Below, piece after piece: positions 29,162 to 38,198 of a stretch of 64,000 bases of DNA. The DNA comes from Elusimicrobiota bacterium (GTDB lineage Bacteria; Elusimicrobiota; Elusimicrobia; UBA1565; UBA9628). Position numbers and translations under genes: made by a program. Positions within the stretch are counted from its first letter, which is position 1. Each line of letters begins with the position of its first letter. The DNA lies in assembly GCA_016194705.1 (NCBI GenBank), contig JACQAZ010000010.1, forward strand, positions 166 to 64,165, written 5' to 3'. The notes under the pieces were generated by a model. It saw nothing but the letters and a program-made list of their open reading frames with translations. It did no database searches and was not told the DNA's origin.

Positions 29162-29785
29162 CTGGGCTCTCGCGCGAAACTCGGGAAAAAAGAGCTTCTC
29201 TTCTCCGCGGCCGCATTTGCGGCGGCCCTCGTCGTCAATTATTTTGCCGACGCCTACGTCGAGCGCGTCGGCGAATTGGCCCGGCCTAATCCGGACTCAC
29301 TTCTTCCGCTTCTTCCCTTCATGGACCTGCGCGCGGTCTATCTGTGGGGCGCCGTCGCATTCATCGCGCTTTCGGTCTACGCCGCTGTCTTCCTCGAGCG
29401 TCCGCGGATTGCCTACATAGCGCGCGTCTACGCCGCGCTGATCACCATACGCAGCGGGCTCATGGTGCTGACCCCGATGCACATCCCCGAAGAGGCCCTG
29501 CCTTTGAGCGGCTCAGCGCTCTACGACGGCGCGGGCCGGCTTTTCACGGTGCGCCACGACCTGTTCTTCTCGCTGCACACGGCTTTGCCCTTCCTCGGCT
29601 TCTTGGCCTTCCGCACCGACTGGGTGCGCTGGTCGTGCCTGGCCTTCTCGATTGTGCTGGGCACCACCGTGCTTTTGGGGCGCAACCACTACAGCCTCGA
29701 TGTCGCCGCGGCCTACTTCATCACCTACGCGGTCTACCGTCTGGAGGCCCGTTTCCTCGAGGCGCGGTTTCTGTCCCGGCGCTAG
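29162..29785 (+). CDS. PAP2_C-like (PAP2 superfamily) membrane protein
   Basis: Motifs SLHTALPF (S-x-H) and RNHYSLDV (R-x-x-H-x3-D) are present. There is no ATG before the first TM helix. The first in-frame ATG is 29321; the proposed start is CTG 29162 or an unrecognised start in 29157-29320. Confidence 0.55.
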   Translation: MGSRAKLGKKELLFSAAAFAAALVVNYFADAYVERVGELARPNPDSLLPLLPFMDLRAVYLWGAVAFIALSVYAAVFLERPRIAYIARVYAALITIRSGLMVLTPMHIPEEALPLSGSALYDGAGRLFTVRHDLFFSLHTALPFLGFLAFRTDWVRWSCLAFSIVLGTTVLLGRNHYSLDVAAAYFITYAVYRLEARFLEARFLSRR

Positions 29786-31053
29786 AACCCGACCGCTCCT
29801 CCCACGGTCCAGATCCAACCGCCGGCCCAAGGCTGACCCGGCATGTCGCCCTCGGTCTTTCGTCCCACGGTCAGGCTCGCGTCGAATTTCTTGCTCAGGT
29901 TCACGGTCTCGCCCAAGAGCAGCGCCCCGCCCGGCCGTTGAGCTCGCGCGGCGTCTGCCCAGGCTTGCGCTTCGCCGCTCAGTCTCAGCCGGTCTCCCGC
30001 CGCCTTGAGACCGTCGAGCTTGACCGACATCGCCTCGCCCGCCGGACCCCAGCGGGGCGCAAGCGTCGCCGTCGTCCCGCTGGCGGGACTGCGGACGATC
30101 ATGTCGACGACCTGCCACGACCCATGTCCCACGAAGTTCGAGAACCCGCCGGTCCAGTCGAGACCGCCCAGGCGCACGACCGGTCTGCCGAAATCGGCGC
30201 TGCCGCTGAAAAACTGCCAAGCCCCGAAGGCGACGGCCGCCGCGTTCATCGGGTCGAGCGCGCTGGCCCAAAGCCGCCGCAGCGCCTGGCCGGGATCGGC
30301 CCGGTACAGCGCGTCGTTTTCCCCGAGACCGCCTGGGTAACCGCCCGGCACGGCGGCGGCGTCGAGCCGGTAACGGCTTTGGCCCTTGCCGCCGCCGGGC
30401 AAGTTCAGCCCGGCGAGGGAGAGCAGGTCGTTGACCACGAGGGGCCCGAGCCCCGTGTCGGCGGACTTCGCGCTCGAGCCGTCCACGCGGGGAGGGCCGA
30501 GCGCGACGAACGGCAGCGGGGGCTCGGAGGCCCCGGCGAGGATCGCCTCGAGCTCGCTGCCGGTGCCGCGCGGCCGGGGGCCCCCGTCGAAGTCGAACTC
30601 GGTCGGACCGTCGAGTCGACCGAGCATCGCGCGCGCGTCCTCGGCGAGCTCAGGGATTTCTCGCGCTCGCGTGGATGCGGCGAAGCGGCTGCCCCACGGG
30701 TCGCCCAGGATCGCGCCGGCCACCGCGGCCCAGCCGCAAGGGCTCATCGCGCCGGGCGGCTCGAACCAAGGGAATTGATCCGGAGGGATCTCGGCGACTT
30801 TGAGCGCCTTCAAAAGATAGGCGGAGAGGACCTGCTCTTCGGTCCCCGGCTTGAGGTCCTGCAGGACGGCGGTCAAGGCCGCGACCTCGACGGCGTCTAG
30901 AATCCTCGTCTGCGTCGGATACCCCGGATAGCCGAGGCGCCGGTACTCCCAGCCCTTGCCGGTTTCTATGAGGCCGAGCTTCTCGGTCAGCCCCGCGGAG
31001 GCCGACGCGGAGAGAGCGAGGACGATCCCAAGAATCGCGCCGATCGCCTTCAT
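29782..31053 (-). CDS. secreted Gly/Pro-rich hypothetical protein (423 aa)
   Basis: A signal peptide is present (MKAIGAILGIVLALSASASA). No recognisable domain. Its stop overlaps the convergent PAP2 gene stop (CTAG). Confidence 0.6.
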   Translation of the reverse strand: MKAIGAILGIVLALSASASAGLTEKLGLIETGKGWEYRRLGYPGYPTQTRILDAVEVAALTAVLQDLKPGTEEQVLSAYLLKALKVAEIPPDQFPWFEPPGAMSPCGWAAVAGAILGDPWGSRFAASTRAREIPELAEDARAMLGRLDGPTEFDFDGGPRPRGTGSELEAILAGASEPPLPFVALGPPRVDGSSAKSADTGLGPLVVNDLLSLAGLNLPGGGKGQSRYRLDAAAVPGGYPGGLGENDALYRADPGQALRRLWASALDPMNAAAVAFGAWQFFSGSADFGRPVVRLGGLDWTGGFSNFVGHGSWQVVDMIVRSPASGTTATLAPRWGPAGEAMSVKLDGLKAAGDRLRLSGEAQAWADAARAQRPGGALLLGETVNLSKKFDASLTVGRKTEGDMPGQPWAGGWIWTVGGAVGF

Positions 31054-31187
31054 GCTTTGAGGATAGCCGGCCTCGACCCGGAGCTCATGGGGAGAGCGGC
31101 CCCCGACCGGCCGGCGGAAGGCCGTTTCGCGAGATGAGAGAAGGGGCCCAATATTTATCGTTCCTTGATAATGTCGCCGCGCCGGCC

Positions 31188-31216
31188 TTGACAGCGCAGC
31201 GCAGGCCTGTTATAAC
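31188..31216 (+). promoter_or_regulatory. near-consensus sigma70 promoter, TTGACA-17-TATAAC
   Basis: TTGACA at 31188-31193, a 17-nt spacer, then TATAAC at 31211-31216. It lies 67 nt upstream of proC, in an otherwise GC-rich intergenic region. Confidence 0.6.
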
Positions 31217-31235
31217 ATGGGCGAAGCGCCGCCCA

Positions 31236-31272
31236 CCCGAACCGCCGAACGGGGGTTCGGGTTTTCTGTTTT
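31236..31272 (+). terminator. terminator-like hairpin plus U-tract inside the proC 5' leader (candidate attenuator)
   Basis: CCCGAACC-gccgaacggg-GGTTCGGG is followed by TTTTCTGTTTT. It sits immediately upstream of the proC RBS (AAGGA) and ATG 31283. Confidence 0.5.
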
Positions 31273-31282
31273 AAGGACAACC

Positions 31283-32107
31283 ATGCTCAACAACAAGAAG
31301 ATCGCCGTGATAGGCGCGGGGAACATGGGCAAGGCCCTCATCGGGGGCATGCTGAGCGCGAAGCTCACCCCGCCCAAGAACATCGTCGCCTCGCGCCGAA
31401 ACGAGGAGGCCTTGAAGGAACTGCGCCGGCGGTGGTCCATACACGCGATCGCCGACAACAAAAAAGCGGTCAAGGGCGCCGACATCGTCATACTCGCGGT
31501 CAAACCGCAGCTGGCCCAGGCCGTGCTCGCCGAGATCGCGCCGGTGGTCGACAAGAAACAACTCATCATCAGCATCATGGCGGGCCTGACCACCACCACG
31601 ATCAACAAGAAGCTTAAAAAGTCCTGTCCCGTCGTGCGCGCGATGCCCAACACGCCGTGCCTGGTCGACGCAGGCGCCACCGCAATCTGCGCGGGAGCGC
31701 ACGCGACCGACAAGGACCTCGCCGCGGCCGAAGCGATCTTCAAGTCTGTCGGCAAAGTCGTGACCTTGCCCGAAACCTCCCTCGACGCCGTGACTGGACT
31801 CTCGGGCTCCGGTCCGGTCTACATCTTCATGGTCATCGAAGCGATGATCGACGGCGGCGTCAAGATGGGCATACCGCGCCCCATCGCAGCACAGCTCGCC
31901 GCGCAAACGGTCTTCGGCGCGGCCAAGCTCGTGCTCGAGACGGGCCGCCACCCCGCCATCCTCAAGGACGAGGTCACCACCCCCGGCGGCTGCGCGATCA
32001 ACGCCATCCACATTCTCGAAAACAAAGGCTTAAGGAGCGTGCTCATTGATGCCATCGTCACTGCAACCAACAGGTCCCAAGAGCTCAGCCGTCTTTACGC
32101 CGACTAA
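31283..32107 (+). CDS. proC: pyrroline-5-carboxylate reductase
   Basis: The Rossmann motif IAVIGAGNMG is present, along with the P5CR C-terminal dimerisation region. The start is set at ATG 31283 with RBS AAGGA. The upstream in-frame ATG 31217 overlaps the -10 box and is rejected. Confidence 0.9.
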   Translation: MLNNKKIAVIGAGNMGKALIGGMLSAKLTPPKNIVASRRNEEALKELRRRWSIHAIADNKKAVKGADIVILAVKPQLAQAVLAEIAPVVDKKQLIISIMAGLTTTTINKKLKKSCPVVRAMPNTPCLVDAGATAICAGAHATDKDLAAAEAIFKSVGKVVTLPETSLDAVTGLSGSGPVYIFMVIEAMIDGGVKMGIPRPIAAQLAAQTVFGAAKLVLETGRHPAILKDEVTTPGGCAINAIHILENKGLRSVLIDAIVTATNRSQELSRLYAD

Positions 32108-32111
32108 AACG

Positions 32112-33260
32112 ATGGACCCAAAGTCACTCGAGAACATCCCGCAGCCGACCCTGGTCACGGCCCGGGAGCATCTCGAGGAGGTCGTCTCGGACCTCAAACG
32201 CGCCACGCGCCTGGCTCTCGACATCGAATCCAACGGCTTCTACGCCTACCGCGAGAAGGTCTGCCTGCTGCAGATCTCCTCGGCGGCCGAGGATTACATT
32301 GTAGACCCCATCGCGGTCGCGGACCTCTCCTGCCTGGGTCCGTTGATGAAGGATCCCGCCATCGAGAAGATCTTCCACGCTGGGGAATACGACGTCCTGT
32401 GCCTCAAGCGCGACTACGGCTTCACCTTCGCCAATCTCTTCGACACGATGATCGCAAGTCGCCTCTTGGGGATCAAGGAGCTTGGGCTAGCCGCGCTCAT
32501 CGAGCGGCATTTCGGGCTCAAGCTCTCGAAGAAGCTCCAGCGCGCCGACTGGGGACAACGGCCTATGACCCACGCCCAGATCCGCTACGCCCAGCTCGAC
32601 ACCCACTTCTTGATCGCGCTCGCCGACATCCTCAAGGAGCAGCTCAATCTCAAGGGACGCCACGAGGACGCCTCCGAGGCCTTCGTCGAGCTGACCGCCG
32701 TCGAGCCCAACGAGAAGGTCTTCGATCCCGAGGGCTACTGGAGGCTGGCGGCCCGACAGAAGCTCTCGGGCCCCCAGATCGCCTGCCTGCGCGAAATCTA
32801 CCATTTCCGCGAGGAGCAGGCGCAATCCCGCGATCGAGCCCATTTCCGCGTCATGGCCGACGAACTCATGCTGCGCGTGGCCCACGCCATGCCCGCAACG
32901 ATGGGAGAGCTCGGCCAGGTCCGCGGGATGACGCCCTATCTGCTCTCAAAATTCGGACACGCGCTCCTCAAGGCCGTCTCGCGCGGGCGGGAGAGCGAGC
33001 CGCCCTCGCAAGAGCCCCGCCCCCGAGCGCGCCGAGACATGCGCGAGCTTAAAATTTTCGAGGCCTTGCGGCAGTGGCGGAAAGGCCAGGCTTCGACGGA
33101 AGGCGTCGAGCCGGTCGTCATCATGTCGAGCGAAGTCCTTCGCGAGATCGCCCGCTCGGCCGTCGAGACCGAGGCGGACCCGCTGGGGAAGCTGAGTTCG
33201 CTCAAGCGCGGGCGCTACGGCGAGGCCCTGGAGCGGGTCCTTAAGAGCGCGGGGCGCTAA
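32112..33260 (+). CDS. rnd: ribonuclease D (DEDDy 3'-5' exonuclease plus HRDC domain)
   Basis: LALDIESNG and YAQLDTHFL (the Exo III Y-x3-D) are present, with a C-terminal HRDC region. The start is ATG 32112. Confidence 0.85.
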   Translation: MDPKSLENIPQPTLVTAREHLEEVVSDLKRATRLALDIESNGFYAYREKVCLLQISSAAEDYIVDPIAVADLSCLGPLMKDPAIEKIFHAGEYDVLCLKRDYGFTFANLFDTMIASRLLGIKELGLAALIERHFGLKLSKKLQRADWGQRPMTHAQIRYAQLDTHFLIALADILKEQLNLKGRHEDASEAFVELTAVEPNEKVFDPEGYWRLAARQKLSGPQIACLREIYHFREEQAQSRDRAHFRVMADELMLRVAHAMPATMGELGQVRGMTPYLLSKFGHALLKAVSRGRESEPPSQEPRPRARRDMRELKIFEALRQWRKGQASTEGVEPVVIMSSEVLREIARSAVETEADPLGKLSSLKRGRYGEALERVLKSAGR

Positions 33261-34735
33261 AACGGGCCCGCGGACCGGGCCGGGGTGTAGCCGTGCAGCT
33301 CGCGCAGAGTCTTGAAGACCCCGGGGCCCGCGCTGATCTCCACGTCGTCGGCCGTGAACTGGCAGGGATGCTCGTAGCCGCAGGCGTGCGTGACGGCCAT
33401 GAGCTCGTTGCGAAACGACTGGCAGAAGCGCGCGAACCGCAGCGACTGGACCGCGGGCGAAAGGCCCCGTTGAAGCCACTTATTATGCGTCGTGACTCCC
33501 GTGGGGCAGCGGTCCGAGTGGCACTTCTGGGCTTGGATGCAGCCGATGGAAAGCATCGCCTCGCGCGCGATGTTGACCAGGTCGCAGCCGAGGCAAAAGG
33601 CCACGATGGCCCGGTCCGGGAAGCCCATCTTCGCGCTTCCGATCCACACGACCTTCTCCGCCATGCCCTCTTCGAGGAATAACTGGTAGACCCGCGGGAA
33701 GCCCACGCGGAAAGGCAAGGAAACATGATCGGCGAAGGTCAAGGGAGCGGCCCCGGTGCCGCCCTCGCCGCCGTCGATGGTGATCCAATCCGGCCCGCGT
33801 CCGGTCTGCTTCATGGCCGAGGCCAAATCCTTCCAGAAACCAAGTTGTCCCACGGCCGATTTGATCCCGACGGGCAGGCCCGTCTCTTTGGCGATGATCT
33901 CGATGAAGTCGATGAGTCCGCGCACGTCCTTGAAGGCCGAGTGGGAATTGGGGCTGATGCAGTCGACGCCGACGCGTACCCCGCGGATGGCCGCGATCTC
34001 GGGGGTCACTTTCTTGCCGGGCAAGACGCCGCCCTTGCCCGGCTTGGCTCCTTGGGAAAGCTTGAGCTCGATGCCGCGCACGCAAGGCGCTCCCGCCAAA
34101 GTCTCAAGCAGCTTCTCCATCGAGAAGCGGCCCTCTAAGTCGCGGCAGCCGAAATAGCCCGTGCCGATCTGATAGATGAGGTCGGCTCCCATCTTGTGGT
34201 AGGGCGAGATGCCGCCCTCGCCGGTGTTGTGCCAGCAGCCCGCGACCTTGGCCCCCTTGTTGAGGGCCTCAACGGCGGGTGCGGACAACGAACCGAAAGA
34301 CATCGCCGAGATGTTGACGATCGAGGGCGGCCGCCAGGCCTTGGCCCGGCCGTGGACCTCGCCCAGGACCTTGGCGCAGGGCAGCTCGAGCAGCTTGTCG
34401 TGGATCGAGGCCGTGAAGCTGACCTCGCCGTAGGGAAAGACCGCGTGCTTGATGATGGGATAGCCGATGCCCAGGATTTGATCGTCGGTGCCGAAGCCGA
34501 AGTAGTTGTTCTGGCCGCGCGCCGAACGGTAGATCCAGTCGCGCTCCTCGCGGTTGAACGGCAGCTCCTCGTGGTTGCCGGCGACGATGTACTGCCTCAG
34601 CTCCGGCCCGAGCTCGATGAGCAGGTAGCGCAGGTGCCCGACGATGGGGAAATTGCGCAGGACGTTGTCGTCCGAGATGAACAGATCGTGGACGAGAAGC
34701 GCGCCCAAGGCGGCCAAAGACAGCCACAAGAGCAT
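33257..34735 (-). CDS. FMN-binding glutamate synthase-family protein (GltB central-domain homologue)
   Basis: An N-terminal TM helix is followed by a GltS FMN domain (GAKPGKGG...; CHSDRCPTGV...). The stop overlaps the rnd stop convergently (TTAA). Confidence 0.8.
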   Translation of the reverse strand: MLLWLSLAALGALLVHDLFISDDNVLRNFPIVGHLRYLLIELGPELRQYIVAGNHEELPFNREERDWIYRSARGQNNYFGFGTDDQILGIGYPIIKHAVFPYGEVSFTASIHDKLLELPCAKVLGEVHGRAKAWRPPSIVNISAMSFGSLSAPAVEALNKGAKVAGCWHNTGEGGISPYHKMGADLIYQIGTGYFGCRDLEGRFSMEKLLETLAGAPCVRGIELKLSQGAKPGKGGVLPGKKVTPEIAAIRGVRVGVDCISPNSHSAFKDVRGLIDFIEIIAKETGLPVGIKSAVGQLGFWKDLASAMKQTGRGPDWITIDGGEGGTGAAPLTFADHVSLPFRVGFPRVYQLFLEEGMAEKVVWIGSAKMGFPDRAIVAFCLGCDLVNIAREAMLSIGCIQAQKCHSDRCPTGVTTHNKWLQRGLSPAVQSLRFARFCQSFRNELMAVTHACGYEHPCQFTADDVEISAGPGVFKTLRELHGYTPARSAGPF

Positions 34736-34748
34736 GGGCGGGGGTCCT

Positions 34749-35180
34749 TTACCAGGCCGGAGGCTTGCCTGTCATCGGGGGCTTGGTTTTTAGCAGCATG
34801 TGCAAAGTCATGCCCAGCGCCATCGCGTTGACGGGTTTCTCGTAGTAGCCCTTGACGTTGGGCTCCTTGCGCAGCTGCTCCTCGTTATTGCGTTCTCCGC
34901 CGTGGCCGGTCACGATGAGCACCGGGATGCCGGAAGTTGAGCCTGTCTGAAGCATGCGGACGATCTGCACGCCGTGGAATTTCGGCAGCATCATGTCCAG
35001 CATGATAAGGTCGGGCGCGAGGCTCTGCGCCTTGTCGAGCCCCTGCTGCCCGTCGAACGCGGTCGCGCAGCGGAAGCCCTCCCTCTTGAGGATGGTCTCC
35101 ATGAGCTCGCGCGAGCTCTCATCGTCCTCGATGACGAGGATGAGCTTGTCGCCGGCGGGCGCGAGTCCTCCTTCGGCCAT
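34749..35180 (-). CDS. single-domain response regulator (CheY-like receiver)
   Basis: Receiver motifs are present: ILVIEDDESSREL, the phospho-acceptor in LIMLDMMLPKFHG, and PVLIVTGHG. Confidence 0.85.
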   Translation of the reverse strand: MAEGGLAPAGDKLILVIEDDESSRELMETILKREGFRCATAFDGQQGLDKAQSLAPDLIMLDMMLPKFHGVQIVRMLQTGSTSGIPVLIVTGHGGERNNEEQLRKEPNVKGYYEKPVNAMALGMTLHMLLKTKPPMTGKPPAW

Positions 35181-35210
35181 GCCCCATTACACCATTTGGG
35201 GCGGGCTCGT

Positions 35211-36926
35211 TCAAGACGGGTTTTTGAGGCGCACCGAGGCGCGGTAGACCAGCAGCCCGACGGCGGTAAAGCCCGCGCAGATCCACAGCAAAGCAGGTCC
35301 CGTGCCGGCGTAGTCGAGCAGCCACCCCAGACCCAAGGACACCAAAGCCGTACCCGCGATAAACAGGCCGTTGAGAAAGCTCATGACGCCTGGCTGCTCC
35401 TTTTGAGAGACCGCGCGCTGGACGTCGCTGTCGAGGCTCAGCTGGCTGGCCGCCCAGGTCGAGCTGAAGACGAAGATCGCGGGAACGAGCAGCCCGAGAG
35501 CCAGGGCGATCGGCAGGTGGAGGCCGGCCAGTGGGAGCATCCAGCCCGCGAGCAGGCCGAAAGCGCCCCAGCGCACCCAGGCGGAAGGCCCCGGGTAGCG
35601 TTGAGAGCGCTTGAGGATCAAAGAGGCGCCTCCGAGCTCGCCGAAATTCGAGGCCGTCAGCAGGACCGCTGCCAAGGCGCCCGCGCCGAGCAAGGTCTTG
35701 GCGTAGACCGGCAGCAGAAGATTCTCGAAGACGCGGTGGATGATCTGCGGCAGGACCATGGCCGCGGCCAGCCAACGGAAGCGGCGGTCGGTCAGGACTT
35801 TCTTGGCCCCCTTGAAGACATCGCCCCAGGAAGCCGAGTCCTCGTCGACGGTCTGGGCGGAGACCGGCTTGCGCACCTTCCAGAGCAGAAAGGCGGATAT
35901 GAGATAGGCGGGCGGCTGGATGAGCATCGCGTAGAGAGGCCCCACAAGCGCGATCATGGCGCCGCCTAAAGCCGAGCCGATCACGCCCGCGGTCTCGTAG
36001 CGCCGGTGCATGCGCGCGTTATACACGCGCAGGGCCTCCTCGTCGTGACCGAGCAGAAGGGACGGCATCAGGCGTCGACAGGTGTCGGCCACGCCGATGG
36101 CCGCGCCGATGAGGCCGTAGACCGGGAAGACCAGGCTCGCGGTCACCGCGTGCGCCGCGGCCAGTGCCAGCAGGCCGCCGACGAGAACGCCCTGGGCGAG
36201 CACGCTGGCGGCGAGCACCTTGCTCGCGGGGAATCGGCGCAGCAAGGGCGGAGTCAGAGCACCCCCGACGGCCTGTGCGAGTTGATAGACGATGAGCAGG
36301 CCCGCCACCATAGTCGCCCCGCCCAGGCTCTTCATGACGAGAAGGGGGAAGCTCAAGGTCACGACCTCGGCGCCAACCTTGTAGGCGGGCGTGCCCCACA
36401 TCATGAGCTTGACGTCGCGCTGCCGTTCGGGCGAGAGCGGGGCGGACTTACTCGACTGCAGACCAGATGTGTGGGGGGCCTCCTCGGGCAGCGCTGCGGC
36501 GACAGAGGGCACTGCCTCGGGAGCGCCGCCCTGCAAGAGCCTGATCTCTCCCTCGGAGCTCTGAGCTCCGATTTCACCCGAGACGCGGCCCGAGTTTTCG
36601 ATGTCGCCTGCGACCGTTTCGGCGATGGGTTCAAGCCGCGACGCGAGAGCCGCCTGGGGCGTTTCGGCACCGGCGCCCGGCAAGACAGCCTGCGGACCGG
36701 CGAGACCCGTGCTGACTTGGCCGGGCAGGACGGCATCGGCCGCGGCGTCAAGGGAGGGAATATTCGGCAAAACCGGGACGGTGTTCGCGCCGATCTCGGG
36801 GAGCTCGATCTTTGGAACCGGGGAGGTCGGGCGCGCGGCGGACGGCAGACGTCCCTCCGGCAGGCGTTCGAAGGAGGCGGCCAAAGCCGGCTGGGCGGCG
36901 ACGAGGATCTCCAGGAGAATGCGCAT
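35211..36926 (-). CDS. MFS-type transporter with a 174-aa Pro/Ala-rich N-terminal extension of uncertain reality
   Basis: The 12-TM MFS core starts at MMWGTPAYKVG, where an alternative start at ATG 36404 is possible. I see no clear RBS at either candidate start. Confidence 0.65.
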   Translation of the reverse strand: MRILLEILVAAQPALAASFERLPEGRLPSAARPTSPVPKIELPEIGANTVPVLPNIPSLDAAADAVLPGQVSTGLAGPQAVLPGAGAETPQAALASRLEPIAETVAGDIENSGRVSGEIGAQSSEGEIRLLQGGAPEAVPSVAAALPEEAPHTSGLQSSKSAPLSPERQRDVKLMMWGTPAYKVGAEVVTLSFPLLVMKSLGGATMVAGLLIVYQLAQAVGGALTPPLLRRFPASKVLAASVLAQGVLVGGLLALAAAHAVTASLVFPVYGLIGAAIGVADTCRRLMPSLLLGHDEEALRVYNARMHRRYETAGVIGSALGGAMIALVGPLYAMLIQPPAYLISAFLLWKVRKPVSAQTVDEDSASWGDVFKGAKKVLTDRRFRWLAAAMVLPQIIHRVFENLLLPVYAKTLLGAGALAAVLLTASNFGELGGASLILKRSQRYPGPSAWVRWGAFGLLAGWMLPLAGLHLPIALALGLLVPAIFVFSSTWAASQLSLDSDVQRAVSQKEQPGVMSFLNGLFIAGTALVSLGLGWLLDYAGTGPALLWICAGFTAVGLLVYRASVRLKNPS

Positions 36927-37003
36927 ATGACTATTTTAAGGAATAGCCGCCGGAAGCGACTACGGCCCTAGGACCTAGGGCGCCGCGGGCTTAGGGCCCA
37001 GGC

Positions 37004-37477
37004 TTACGGCATCAGCTTGACGATCAGGTCTTTGGCTTGGGGGAATTGCGCGAGGAGGCGGGCCTTGTCGCCGATCTCGAAGTCCGCGAAATCGAAGCCC
37101 GGCGCCACAGTGCAGCCGATCAGGCAGAAATCGCTCTCATCCTCGGGATAGGCCCCGAACCAGGTGCCGGCCGTGATCACATGCTGGAGTTGGCATCCCG
37201 AGCCGACGTCGTGGCCGAGGCGGACGATCTCGACGCGACCATTGGGGGAGATCTTGACGAGGACCAGCGGTCCGCCTAGGTAAAAATGAAACAGCTCGTC
37301 CCACTTGAGGCGGTGCAGGCGCGAGCGTGTCCCTTTAGGCAGAAGGTAATAGATCGCCGTCGAGAAATTGCGGTCGAGCTCCTTGATCTTGCCCGCGGCG
37401 CGATGAGTTTCCTTATAATAGCCGCCTTCGGGGTGAGGCTGCATGCCGTACAGCTTCACCAACTCGTCAGCGGTCAC
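37004..37477 (-). CDS. cupin-superfamily protein (DUF985-like)
   Basis: A 157-aa protein with a single cupin barrel (HRLKWDELFHFYLGGPLVL...). Confidence 0.6.
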   Translation of the reverse strand: MTADELVKLYGMQPHPEGGYYKETHRAAGKIKELDRNFSTAIYYLLPKGTRSRLHRLKWDELFHFYLGGPLVLVKISPNGRVEIVRLGHDVGSGCQLQHVITAGTWFGAYPEDESDFCLIGCTVAPGFDFADFEIGDKARLLAQFPQAKDLIVKLMP

Positions 37478-37478
37478 C

Positions 37479-38198
37479 CTAGTCCTTGAGCCGGAACTGC
37501 ATCGGGACCTTCATGCCCACGGCCCGAGGACCTGAGGAGTCCCGAGCTGGGGAGAAGCGCATCAAGAGCGCGACCTTCTGGGCCGCCGCGCCGAAATCGT
37601 CGCTGTCGGCGTGGACGATTTCCGAGCCGCCGACGATGCCGTCGACGCCGATGTGGATCTTGAGCAGGACGTCGCCCTCGCGGCCGGCGCGGCGCTCGCT
37701 CTCGGGGTAGAACTTGCGCAGCATGGCCAGCAGCTCATCCTTATTGAGGAGCTTGGGCATCTCCAAAAGCGGCGCGCCCCCGTCGCCGGTGCCGGTAGGG
37801 GTGCCGTACGGGGATTTCCCATCGATGCCGCCCGGCAGGGGAGAAATACCGGCGCCGCCGGTGACGCCGCCCGGAGTCGCGGGGCTTTCCGGTTGTTTCT
37901 CGACTTTCTTCGTTTCGGGAGTGCTCGCGGTCCAGTCCTTGGCCGGTTCCACCGGCTTTGTCGCGTCGACCGGCTTGTCAGGCTCCACAGGCAAAGGGAT
38001 CCCCTTGGCGTCCTGGATTTTCGCCTTGGGAGGAGCCAGCCTCGCGGGTCCCGTGCCGAGGAAGGGGCTCGTGATCTCGACTTCGACGGGCGGCCGTACC
38101 CAGAATGAAGGGAGGCCTCGTGCGATCAGGAAGAACAGCGCGTGCAGGACCGCGGAGGCGGCCAGCGCCTGCCGCATGTTCGGGATTCCTTCATTCAC
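37479..38198 (-). CDS. tonB: TonB-family energy transducer
   Basis: An N-terminal TM anchor, a Pro-rich spacer (PLPVEPDKPVDATKPVEP) and a C-terminal TonB domain are present. The start is in an ATGA overlap with exbD. Confidence 0.8.
   Translation of the reverse strand: MNEGIPNMRQALAASAVLHALFFLIARGLPSFWVRPPVEVEITSPFLGTGPARLAPPKAKIQDAKGIPLPVEPDKPVDATKPVEPAKDWTASTPETKKVEKQPESPATPGGVTGGAGISPLPGGIDGKSPYGTPTGTGDGGAPLLEMPKLLNKDELLAMLRKFYPESERRAGREGDVLLKIHIGVDGIVGGSEIVHADSDDFGAAAQKVALLMRFSPARDSSGPRAVGMKVPMQFRLKD

Noticed and set aside
31217-31282. In-frame ATG at 31217 that would extend proC by 22 aa (MGEAPPTRTAERGFGFSVLRTT)
   Set aside because: This ATG lies inside the -10 hexamer of the consensus promoter and has no RBS. 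ATG 31283 has an AAGGA RBS, and the protein then starts at the conserved Rossmann motif.
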